Origin: Octopus sinensis
Taxonomy: Eukaryota
DNA: 64,000 nucleotides
Assembly (NCBI RefSeq): GCF_006345805.1
Contig: NC_042997.1
Location: 126,728,001 to 126,792,000, forward strand
Direction: 5' to 3'
A program made the translations under genes and the position numbers. The notes under the pieces are model-generated. The model did no database searches. It had not been told where the DNA came from and was given only the letters and a program-made list of their open reading frames with translations. Positions 27,171-38,891 of the stretch are shown here, piece after piece (within the stretch, counting starts at the first letter, position 1; each line of letters begins with the position of its first letter).

Positions 27171-27280
27171 GTAGCCTGATGAGGTTTCTTCTGCATGGTG
27201 AGGTGCATTCATTTCCACTATATCATTCCCCACCCACTAGGGAGCTGTTCAGGTGTAAGCCGAAACAATTGTTGTGCTAT
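27171..27280 (+). ncRNA. Type-I hammerhead ribozyme motif with long stem II insert
   Basis: GUAGC CUGAUGA GGUUU..(69 nt)..AAGCC GAAA C AAUU GUU gu GCUAU. Stem III palindrome ACAAUUGU. Confidence 0.65.
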
Positions 27281-27460
27281 ATAAAGCTGGCAGTACATTC
27301 TGTCTTCCCTATCAATTATTTAAAATATACTAAATGTGCACTGAGGAATTCCTTACATAGATCCTGTGACTAAAGTGCAGTACCGTTGATGATGCCTGGT
27401 AGCCGTAAGTGGTGAACATGCTCTCAAGGCACACACTGATGATGATGATGATGATGATAT

Positions 27461-28210
27461 CTATAATATTTGAATTCCTCTTGTAATATTTCCATCAAGA
27501 TTTCCATCCCTGTTTAACATGTTGCTCAGATATTTGAACAAAGATACAGTTTCCTGAGTTTTACCATATGATGTTGTTTTAGGATCCATGTGAGACTTTA
27601 CAAAGCAGGGCTGATAAATAATAACAGATTCATCATTATTTATGGTGAGGCCTGACACATTATATGTCAATGAAATTTTATCCATTAGATTTGAAGATCT
27701 TTTTCATAGTGTACAGCTATATCATAGTCATCAGCATACAAAAGGTTCCTGATCATCAGCCATATATAAGCGTGTGATTTAAAATCAAGTTGTTTGAGGA
27801 TGTTGAATAACTTCCCTGTTATGTAATAGCATATATAAATATCATCAGAGCAGTCATTGAAAGTGGTTGAAAAAAAATTATTGTGAAATATATGGCTAAC
27901 AGAATAGCAGCAGTTATATAATTCAGTTTTGCTTCTCCACTGATTGAAAAAGGGTTTGAGCATTCTCCTCCATTAACAAAACATGCTCTCATAACATTAT
28001 GAAAGGACTTAGTAATAATTGTAAATTTATCAGGACAACCAGCTTTTCTGAGAACTACCCATAATGCCTCATGATTCAGTGAATGAAGGCTTTTGTGAGG
28101 TCAATGAAGCAGTGATAGAGGTCAAGCATCTGCTCAATGCATTTGTCATTGATTCCTCATCCGATGTGAAAACATCATTGAGACCCAACAAGAAAGGATA
28201 TTCCCATGTG
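27461..28210 (-). mobile_element. Decayed RTE/BovB-type RT fragment
   Basis: FIDLTKAF, GCPDKF, IRNLLYADD..DLQ, GLTIN, FKYLS motifs with stops and frameshifts. Confidence 0.75.
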
Positions 28211-28587
28211 TTGAATAAATCTATCAAGAATAATTCTGATCTGTATGTTCCCTAGAGTACTGTAAATAGAAATGACTTGTGTGTGTGTGTTTGTGCGTGT
28301 CTGTGTGTGTGTATGTATGTATGTGTGTGTGTGTATGTGTGTGCATGTATATATGTATGTATGTGTGTGTGTATGTATGTATGTGCATGTATGTATGTAA
28401 GTATGTATGTGTGTGTATGTATGTATGTGTATGTATGTATGTAAGTATGTATGTATGTGTGTATGTATGCATGCATGCATGTATGTATATGTGTGTGTAT
28501 GTATGTGTGTATGTATGTGTCTGTGTGTATGTATGTATGTATGTGCATGTGTGTATGTATGTACGCATGTATGTGTGTGTATGTATG

Positions 28588-28621
<34 letters not shown>

Positions 28622-28839
28622 TGTATGTATGTGTGTGCATGTGTGTATGTATATATGTGTCTGTATGTTGTGTGTATTATATATTGAAAGAACTCAACAC
28701 TACTATGCAATATTGAGTTCCCTGTGTCTATGCTATTACACACTGATAAACAATGCAGAATATACACGCATAATCGCGCACACACATACACGTGTGTGAG
28801 TGTGCGTGTGTGTATGTGTGTAAATATAGATAGCAAAAG

Positions 28840-29570
28840 CTGAAGTTGTTGCTAACAAGAAAGCAGATAAGATTCTCTTTCCATCAGGTAAATGACCCTG
28901 CTCATTATGCAGGAAAGGAGTTGGAAGTAAGCTATGGACACATAAGAGAGGCAGTGGAATCACAGATAGATTAACAGATAAGGTTGCTTTCATGCGTGAC
29001 AGATGTGCTGGAACAATAAACATTTAGAGCATGAGGGACTTGCCTCTCTCATATGCCCAGGAGGCTCTCTTGTGGTAGTAGATAGTTTCTGCTACTTAGG
29101 TGACCAAATTAGCAATGGTGGTGGATGCTCTGAAAGTATTATTTCTAGGAAAAGAATAGGATGGAAGAAGTTCAGAGAACTACTACCTCCTCTGCAGGTA
29201 ACAAAAGTCTCTCTCTCTCAGAGTGAAAGGTAGATTGTATGATGCTTGCCTGTATGATACCCCGTGGTAGTGAGACATGGGCTCTGAATGCTGAGGACAT
29301 GTGTAAACTGAAGAGGAATGAAGGTAGTATGCTCTGCTGGATGTGCAATATCAGTGTGCATGAGTGGCAAAGCGTAACTGTGTTTAGAGAAAAGCTGGGC
29401 ATAAGAGGAATTAAATGTGGTGTGCAGGAGAGGAGACCACATTGGTTTGGACATGTGAGGCATATGAATAAAGAAATGCTGATCACTGAAAGTGGATAGT
29501 ACCTGTAGGAGAGGAAGACCCAGAAAGACATGGAATGAAGTGGTGAGGACCGATTTTAGGATGTTAGGAT
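28840..29570 (+). mobile_element. Decayed RTE LINE ORF 3' part (same type as 51447-52280)
   Basis: VVDSFCYLGDQISNGGGCSES, GSETWALNAEDM, RRGRPRKTWNEVVR. Confidence 0.85.
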
Positions 29571-29577
29571 CGGCCGT

Positions 29578-30183
29578 TTCTCTCCTGCTCTCTCTCTATC
29601 TCTTGCACTCTTGCTGTCTCCCACTCTCTCTCTCTCTTTCTCATGCTCTTCCCTCTGGCTGGGTAACCATGTATCTCCTCTACAGCAGCACACATAACAA
29701 AGAAATTTTCACACACCCTATACTTAGAATTCAAACTACATCTTCTCTCCCAAACTGCATTTTTTCTCTTCCTCACATTTTCTCTCCATACACTATGATT
29801 TTCTTCCACTCGAAATCCCTGCCCTCACTGCATCACTGCTTTCCCCATCCCCTTCTTTATACCAGGTTCTCACCAGTCACTGCAATCCCCACCCTTCTCC
29901 TTATTTATACTTTCTTGGTAATACCTGACCATGTATATTATGACCTCTGTACCTTGAGGGCATGCCCTGGCAATTTCCACCATTTATCTATCTCTTCCTT
30001 ACTCTATCATCCCATCTAAGTTCTGATCCCTGTTCTTTATGAGTATACTCTGGCACTTCACCATCATTTCTCTCCTGCTCTCTCTCTCTCTCTTGCACTC
30101 TTGCTGTCTCCCACTCTCTCTCTCTCTTTCTCATGCTCTTCCCTCTGGCTGGGTAACCATGTATCTCCTCTACAGCAGCACAC
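29578..30183 (+). repeat. Direct repeat of about 116 bp (29578-29693 and 30068-30183) in a CT-rich tract
   Basis: Near-identical ...CTTGCACTCTTGCTGTCTCCCACT...GGCTGGGTAACCATGTATCTCCTCTACAGCAGCACAC. Confidence 0.85.
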
Positions 30184-30759
30184 CTGTTTCTGTCCTTTTT
30201 CTTGTAACCACTCTCTCCATCTACCCCTCTCTCTTTCCTTCTCTCTATCTTGGCTGGGTAACCATGCACCTCCTTTATAGCAAGACACTTGTTTCTACCT
30301 CTCTGTCTTTCCGTCATACTCTAATCTTTCATCATCTGACACAAGATCCCCTTCTCCAATGTCCCTTCCCCCCCTTAAACACTCTTGTCTTGCAAGTTTC
30401 TTGGTGACCCTGCCAATGCTGGTGCCCTGTAAAAAGCGTTCAGTCCACACTGTAAAATGTTTGATATCTGGAAAGGCATCCAGCTATAGAAACCATGCCA
30501 AAACTGACCTCGCCCGTGCTGGTGCCTTGTGAGAAGCACTCAGTCCACACTAAGAGGTGGTTGGTGTTAGGAAGGGCATCTAGACATAAAACCCATGCCA
30601 AAACAGACACAGAAACCTGGTGTAGTCTTTTATCTGGATGGCTCCTGTCAATCAGTCTAATCCATGCCAGTATGGAAGATGGATGTTAAATAATGATGAT
30701 GATGATGATGATGATGATATATATATATATATATACACACTCACACACACATATATATA

Positions 30760-31308
30760 CGAGGGTGAGTCAAAAAGTAATGCTATTTTGTTTAGGACAC
30801 GTATAATTACCAACACAGGAACATGTATCATACATCAAAATGAAGCTGGTCCTCTGTGGATCATATCCTTACTTCTCAGCATAGTCACCGTCTCTCTCAA
30901 TAGCAATGTTCCACCTTCGAATGAGAGCATGTATCCCTGCCTTGTAAAATTCTGTTGACTGTTCCTTGAGCCACTTCTTCACTACAGTTTTCACTTCCTC
31001 ATCACTGGGATAATGTTTGCCTCTCAAACCCTCTTTCATAGGGCTGAAGAGATGATAGTCCAGTGATGAGGAAGTGAAAACTGTAGTAAAGAAGTGGCTC
31101 AAGGAACAGTCAACAGAATTTTACGGGGCAGGGATACATGCTCTCATTCGAAGGTGGAACATTGCTACTGAAAGAAACGATGACTATGTTGAGAAGTAGG
31201 GATATGATCCACAGAGGACCAGCTTCATTTTGATGTATGATATATGTTCCTGTGTTGGTAATTATACCTCTCCGAAACAAAATGGTGTTGCTTTTTGACT
31301 CACCCTCA
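30760..31308. mobile_element. Fold-back mariner derivative built from two inverted transposase 3' ends
   Basis: TA|CGAGGGTGAGTCAAAAAG ... CTTTTTGACTCACCCTCA|TA. Left part encodes DYHLFSPMKEGLRGKHY..DEEVK..FYKAGI..L.RRW..IERDGDY on minus. Arms are about 249 bp with a 51-bp spacer. Confidence 0.9.
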
Positions 31309-31322
31309 TATATATATATATC

Positions 31323-31805
31323 ACGTGACCACGTGACCGACCAGACCATCAGATGTTTTACACATCGCTGATCACAATGCGTTCGCACTGTTTTAGCCTT
31401 CAAATGATGCCACCCCGCTGGCTAAGCGAGCAGGCCAACAGAAGAAAGAGAGAAAGAGTGGTGAAAGAGTACAGCAGGGATCACCACTCCCTACCGGAGC
31501 CTCGTGGAGCTTTTAGGTGTTTTTTGCTCAATAAACACTCACAACGCCCGGTCTTGGAATCGAAACTGCGATCCTATGACCGCGAGTTCGCTGCCCTAAC
31601 CACTGGGCCATTGCGCCTCCACTTATATATATATATATATATTATATATATATATATGCGCAATGGCCCAGTGGTTAGGGCAGCGGACTCGCGGTCGTAG
31701 GATCGCGGTTTCGATTGCCAGACCGGGCGTTGTGAGTGTTTATTGAGCGAAAACACCTAAGGCTCCACGAGGCTCCGGCAGGGGATGGTGGTGATCCCTG
31801 CTGTC
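31323..31805. mobile_element. Two head-to-head SINE family C copies (31323-31621 minus, 31658-31805 plus) around (TA)n
   Basis: GCAATGGCCCAGTGGTTAGGGCAGCG(G/A)ACTCGCGGTC..GGTTTCGATT head. Other copies are at 42590-42900 and 45487-45630. Confidence 0.85.
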
Positions 31806-31953
31806 TATTTCTTAAAATTTTAAAATTATGTCATTTTAAGGAAAGGAAAAAAATTTTTCCAATATTCTCCAGACATTTTGACACAAATATATATATTTTT
31901 TAACATTTAAGCCTTCTGTCGTTTTTTCACACTTTACTATTTTCTTATATATA

Positions 31954-32044
<91 letters not shown>

Positions 32045-33131
32045 TCATGTCATTATGATCATTTAACATCTGTCTTTCATGCTAGCATAGGTTGGACTAA
32101 TTGACAGGACCCAATGGGTAAGGGAACTCTGTTGAGTTCCACTATCTGTTTTGGCATGGTTTCTGCAGCTGGATGCCTTTCCTAATGCCAACAACTTTAT
32201 AGAGTGTAAAGGTGTTATAAGGATGAAATGTGTGTAAGGTTTGGGCACAAGGAAGCATGAAAAGAGGGTCACTGAAGAGAAGGGAAGTGTGGGGTTGTGG
32301 CGTGGGCTAAAGAAGGAAAGATGAGAGGGTGTTGAGGGGATAGATGTTCAGTGTCAGTGAACATGTGACAGAGTTCTAGAGTACTGAAAGAAAAATTGGG
32401 AGTAAGAGGAATTAGATGCAGTGTGCAAGAGAGAAGACTGCACTGGTTTGGTCAGGTGGTGTGTTGCATACAGAAGTGCCAATCACTTAAAGTGGATGGA
32501 ACTCATGGAAGAGGGAAACCCAAGAAGACATGAGATGAAGTAATGATGGGCAACCTCAAGACACTAATCCTTATGAAGGAGATGGAAAAAGACCAAGATA
32601 TTTGCTGTCTTATTGTATGCAAGAAAATGCACCCACCACAGCAGAAACCTAAACTACTTTGGTTAATGCTCCCCTCTCAATTAAAGGGTTTTTTTGTCTT
32701 GCAACTTACTGGGTTACCCTGTCAGTGCTGATGTCATGTAAAAAGAAACTTGTGCTAGTGCCAAAGGAAAATGCACCTGTGTCAGTGTCATGTAAAAAGC
32801 ACCTGTGTTGGTGCCACATAAAAAGCACATGGCTGGTGTCATGTAAAGGAGCATCTTTGATAATGCTAGTGTCACATAAAATGCGCCCAGTACCAGCTGT
32901 AATGGGGTTGATATTAGGAAGGGCATTCAGCTGTAGAAACCAGGCCAAAACACACAACTGGAACCTTGTGCAGCTCACCAGCTTGCTAGCTCTAGTCAAA
33001 TGATCCAACCCATAACAACATGGAAAACAGATATTAAATGATGATGATTATGATGATGATGATGATGATAATGGTGATGGTGGTGGTGGTGGTGATGATG
33101 ATGATGATGGTGATGATGGTGATGGTGATGG

Positions 33132-33164
<33 letters not shown>

Positions 33165-33448
33165 CGAATGCTCCTTTGAGGTAGTTTGTCTCTGCCATGT
33201 TCATAATCATTGTCACAACATTCTCTCTGTTTTGATTTCTGTCAGTATTGCCAACAGAGAAGAATACGCTTTGTAAAAGAGACATGATAAGACTGGAACA
33301 TGGCTGCTGCTTTCCCCTGTTAGTTTTAAAGACCAGATTCACTCCAAGCACTACATTTCCTATATTTCTGAGGTATTTCAAATCCTTCCAAGGACAGTTT
33401 TGCCTTTCATCCATTTGGGGTCAATAAAATAGAGTACCAGTCAAGGAC

Positions 33449-33587
33449 CAGGATGCAGAGGGGCTGGTGTGGGACTAAGTCCACCAGTGCTCTGCACTGG
33501 TGGACTTAGTCAGCTCTATGCATGATGCTATCTCTGGAACCACTAACCTGGGATAACCCCATTCTCATCAATCAAGAGCATGAAGTG
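33449..33587. mobile_element. 139-bp insertion with 10-bp TSD and a perfect 18-bp hairpin
   Basis: TSD AGTCAAGGAC at 33439-48 and 33588-97. Hairpin GACTAAGTCCACCAGTGC-tct-GCACTGGTGGACTTAGTC at 33473-33511. Confidence 0.8.
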
Positions 33588-34666
33588 AGTCAAGGACTGG
33601 AGTTGATTGCAATTGACCTGTCCTCTCCTGTCAAAATTGCTGGCCTTGAACACTACAATGAATTGATGTCTCATTCAGGAGAAATATCGTGATCTCTATA
33701 TGCCATTGAAATAGGGTCATTGAAAGGGCCTTTACAGGCCCTTAGTTTGTTGTTTGTTCCTTCTCGACCCATCCCTGGCTCATAAGGGCCAGTCTCCCAG
33801 TTTCCTTGGTGTATAGGTTCCCCACCTGGATGGGATGCCAGTCCGTTGCAGGTGAGCTGCAAGATGCAGGAGGAAAGAGTGAGAGAAAGTTGTGACGAAA
33901 GAGTCAGCAGAAGTTCGCCATTACCTTCTGCGAGAACCGCATGGAGCTTAGGTGTTTTGCTCATAAACAAACACATCGCCCGGTCTGAGATTCAAACCCA
34001 CGATCCCTCGACCACAAGTCCGCTGCTCTAACCACTAGGCCATGTGCCTCCACACACAAGCCCTTAAGCTCAAGAATGAAAACAGAAATTTCACCTGTTC
34101 TATCACATTTACTAGTTGTTTCTAAGGTTTTAAATATTGCTAGAGGGAGTTTATGTTTGATAATTACACGGATAATCTCAGTTAATGAAGACAGAAATTT
34201 CAAATTAGTATATTGTATATATGTATGTTATATGATGCTACATTTGAGGTGAGGGTGTTGGGTTCCTCAATTTGTAATGATTAGTTTGGTTATGAAGAAT
34301 GTCACTGACAGTCTTCGAAGAATATTAAATGTTGTGGAATCGAGAAACACTGTCGGCTGACATCTAACATAATAATTACCCTCAAGTTTCATTGCTGAAA
34401 GAAAGAAATCCAACTTTGAAAGCAGCAAAGATTGATGGTGACGTCAGTGGGAGTGATGGTGATGGTGATGGAGGTGGTGGTAGTAATGGTGATGGTGGGA
34501 GTAGTTGCTGTGATAATGGTGGTACAGATGATGGAGGGTTTAGTAATGGTGACGGTGAGGGCGGCGGTGAGGATGATGTTGATGATGATAAATGACAACA
34601 AAAAGAACAACGATTATAAATACCTCGTTTGTTAATAAATATTTATTACCTGAAATGAAGGCAGCA

Positions 34667-34698
<32 letters not shown>

Positions 34699-35401
34699 AT
34701 GTGTGTGTGGGGGGTTGCGTATGTATATGCATGTGTCAGTGTGTGTGTATGTGTGTGAACAAGAGCTTTTCTTTTAAGCATGTAATTTATATATTCACAC
34801 ACTCACACAACACGTGTGTGTAATTATATGTGTGATTGTATATACATGTGCATGTATGTGTGTGTATATATATATATATACACACACATACATAAATGTA
34901 TGTATATATATATATATATTATATATATTATATATATATATATATATACACACATTATATATATGTGCATGTATATATGTCTACACTCATACACATGCAT
35001 ATATGTGTATTTATATACATGTATATATATGTGTGTGTATATATTTATTAATATGTACATATGTATATGTATGTACATATATATATATATATATATATAC
35101 ACATTATATATATGTGCATGTATATATGTCTACACTCACACACATGCATATATGTGTGTTTATATGCATGTATATATATGTGTGTGCATATATTTATTAA
35201 TATGTACATATGTGTATGTATGTATATCTCTCTCTCTCTATATATATATGATGATGATGAAACATTTTTCAAATCTAATAGTGAATAGTACTACCTATAT
35301 AATTGTGTGTGTGTGCATATATGCTTATACATACATACTTACATGTATATATATGTGTGTGCATATATGCTTATACATACATACTTACATATGTATATAT
35401 A

Positions 35402-35451
<50 letters not shown>

Positions 35452-35775
35452 GTATATATATATACATACACACACATGTATATCATCATCAATATATACA
35501 TTCACACATGTACATACACACACAGACACATACACACACACACACACAAACACACACAAACACACACACACTCATGTGCACACTTACATATACACACATA
35601 CACAGAGTTTAAAATAACAACAGGACATTTGCTGATGTCTGATGGAGAAACACAATATGGAGAACAGAATATAATTTATAATAAAATTCGTTTTGACCGG
35701 GACTTTAAGTTTCACCTGACTGGTTGTATAAGCTATGAGGCAAAAATTGAAGTTTCATACAAAAGATTTTTATTA

Positions 35776-35809
<34 letters not shown>

Positions 35810-36285
35810 TAATATAAATAGAAAAATGCTGAAAAGCATGTGTCCTGTGATCCAATGGCATCATTCAGTGCCCCAACATGAATGTGTTTTCATAAATTTT
35901 TCGTTGGAAAATTTTCTTTCTGGGCTATTTCCATAAGGGAAGCTCTCAGCTTTTCTGAGTGAACTAACATGTTAGCTATAACTTTACATGAATGTATATA
36001 TATATATATATATATAGGCACAGCATGGCTGTGTGGTAAGAAGCTTGCTTTCCAACCATATGGTTCTGTGTTCAGTCCCAATATGTAACACCTTGGACAA
36101 GTGTCTTCTACTATAGCATCGGCTGACCAAAGCCTTGTGAGTGGATTTGGTAGACGGAAACTGAAAGAAGCCTGTCATATATATATATATTTATAGCTAA
36201 TCCAAACAAGAAAACACAAAAAAACACAACAACACGAGGACGTGGAACAAATATAGTATTATTGGATGCTCAGGAAAGAAGGAGG

Positions 36286-36320
36286 GTTTAACGTTTCGAG
36301 CGGAGCTCTTCGTCGGAAAC
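36286..36320 (-). ncRNA. Minimal 35-nt type-I hammerhead motif (U4C variant)
   Basis: GUUU CCGACGA A GAGC-ucc-GCUC GAAA C GUU AAAC. Stem III is only the palindrome ACGU. Confidence 0.7.
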
Positions 36321-37684
36321 ATAGGAGAAGGAAATATCCAGAGAAGGGAAGACAGATGTATATATATATACATGTGTGTGTGTGGTGTGTGTGTGTGTGC
36401 GTGCATCTGTGTTTGTCCCCCCCACCATCCGTTGACAACCGATGTTGGTGCATTTACATTCCCATAACTTAGCAGTTTAGCAAAAGACACTGATAGAATA
36501 AGTACTAAGTTTATAAAGAATAAGTCCTGGGGTTGACTTGTTTCACTAAAAGGTGGTGCTCCAGCATGGCTGCAGTCAAATGATTGAAACAAGTAAAAGA
36601 ATAAAAGAATACATATATATATATATATATATAAGAGAAGAAAGAAAATGAATATATGTTTTCATCATCATCATCATCATCGCTTAACATCCATTTTCCA
36701 TGCTGTCATGAGTGGGACGGTTTGACTGGAGACTGGCAAGCCAGGAAGCCGCACCAGGCTCCAATCTGATCTGGCAATGTTTCTACAGCTTGTTGCCCTT
36801 CCTAATGCCAACCACTTCGAGAGTGTAGTGGGTGATTTTTAGTGTCACTGGCATAGGAGCCAGTCAGGGTGGGGATGCGGGGCTGGCATCGACCACGTTC
36901 TGATGGTACTTTTTATGTGTCACTGGCACAAGGAGCCAGTCAGGTGGCACTGACAACGTCCCACACGTTGCTTATTGTGTACCGCCATCAAGGGAGCCAG
37001 TTAGGCGGGACTGGCATCAGCCACTACTACAATTTCCATTTGATTGTGATTTGATTTGATTTTGATTTTGATCTTACTTGACTCAGTTGGTCTCCTAGGT
37101 ATTGAACCAGTATTTCCTGGGATGAAACTATCCCTTCATGAGGTTAACACAACCTCTAACTGAATTAAGTATATCTATCTATATACATATATATATATAT
37201 ATAGGACATCTGACTCACTAGAAAGAGCAGTTAAACTCCAAACCACTAATAGTTGTAATTCTGAAATGGAAAGAGAAATAAAAACGTTTACCCTATCTTT
37301 CCTGGACTATGCATAGTTTCAGCAATCTTTTGTAAATAAAATTATTTTAATTTACGATTGGCGTTGCCATCTTCAGCAGGAAGCCAATGCTAGCATATAG
37401 GCGCGAGGCGATAAGGACCATGCCTCGAGTCTATATGCTATAACTTTTCAAAATCCACCACGCTCGTGCGGTTTTTCAGCAGTAAATATCGCTGCCGATT
37501 TAATTTCAAAATTAGCCAAAAAACCCTTTTATCATTAATTAATAAATAAATAGACTATATGGCCATCTCTTATGTATTTAGATGTATATTATATAGTCTA
37601 TTGACTATTTTTTCCTTCTCGCTAGACCACTGGTAGTGGAGAATTTTTCTAGAATTTTCCTAGAATTTTTTTTGCTACCCTAAA

Positions 37685-37740
<56 letters not shown>

Positions 37741-37741
<1 letters not shown>

Positions 37742-38091
37742 AATCAAAATAATCAACAAGGATATCCAGAGGTAATGCAGTATTATCGATTCTAAGCTGA
37801 AGTGAAGACAGCATGTTCTTTGTCTATCTCCTTACCTTCTTGGAGGTTTTAGGTAAAAATTTACTAATGTGTCCATCTGTTTAATTTAATTTAATTCTAT
37901 GTATTTACGCAGCTGTGGATTGCTCTGCATTTAAATTTATGTAAATTAAATGGAGTTGCTTGAAACGATTGTACTGCATTACTTCTAGATATCCTAATTG
38001 CTTATTTTGATTTTAATCACCTTATTTTGAAATTGTATGGATAATACTGTACTAAATTCTGGTGTTTCATCTTAAGTACTTAATTCATCTG

Positions 38092-38092
<1 letters not shown>
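37741..38092 (+). mobile_element. Non-coding Penelope-LTR-like unit with an inverted 5' piece and decayed hammerhead (37909-37977)
   Basis: 37796-38014 is homologous to the reverse complement of 62158-62393. 37741-37792 is an inverted copy of its 3' part. Motif GCAG CUGUGGA..GAAAC GAUU GUA CUGC. Confidence 0.7.
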
Positions 38093-38127
<35 letters not shown>

Positions 38128-38165
38128 AATGGAGTTAAATGCAGGTGTTATTCAAATTCTTTTAC

Positions 38166-38250
38166 TTCCAACACATGTTTCGAAGATATCACTGGTATTA
38201 CTCCAAAGGAATAAAATAGTGTAAAACAATGTAAACTTCTCTTCAGGGAA
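38166..38250 (-). ncRNA. Apparently intact type-I hammerhead ribozyme
   Basis: UUCC CUGAAGA GAAG..(50 nt)..CUUC GAAA C AUGU GUU GGAA. All core nucleotides present, G10.1-C11.1 pair, GUU triplet. Confidence 0.85.
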
Positions 38251-38821
38251 ATGAAGAAATGAAACTTGTCAATAAGACATTTTAACATAATATGATGTAT
38301 GTGTATAGTGATTAAGTTTTCTTAAAAAATGTTAGAGGATATAACGTCAAAGGTAGCCTATAGAAAGAGGAGGAGTAAAGGAAAGAAAAACCAAAGAAAT
38401 GAAAAGTATATAACAATATGTAAATTTAATAAAACCCTAAAGTATTGGAAAAAGATATATCTAGTGAATGTGAAATGTAAGAAGAAAATTAATGTTTAAA
38501 TTATATATAATGATAGATATCACTTATATAAACTAAAGGTGTGTTTCTGCCAATGTTTACATCGGTATGGTTGCTCTATAATTGTGTTTACAAGAGGATT
38601 TTTAGAAAAAAGAATAAAAAATAGATCAGAATTACAGAGAAGGCAGAAGGGAAAAATACACACATCTATATATATATATATATATTATATATATATATAT
38701 ATATATACAAAAATAGTGAAACCATACCAAATCAGACTGCTGGAGTCTGGTGCAGGCCTTCAGCTTACTAGCTCTAGTCAAACTATTCAACCCATACCAG
38801 CATGGACAACAGATGTTAAAA

Positions 38822-38891
<70 letters not shown>

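Noticed and set aside
31658-31730. tRNA-like sequences (also 18493-18570, 42590-42665, 33975-34051)
   Set aside because: They continue into shared SINE bodies or tails and lack a convincing acceptor stem, so they are SINE heads and not tRNA genes.
33246-33371. Possible exon bounded by AG/GT with one open frame
   Set aside because: No recognisable protein similarity and no partner exons.
34816-35817. 333-aa ORF and other YI/CV/HT/poly-M/poly-H ORFs
   Set aside because: Translations of (TA)n, (TG)n, (TATG)n and (GAT)n microsatellites.
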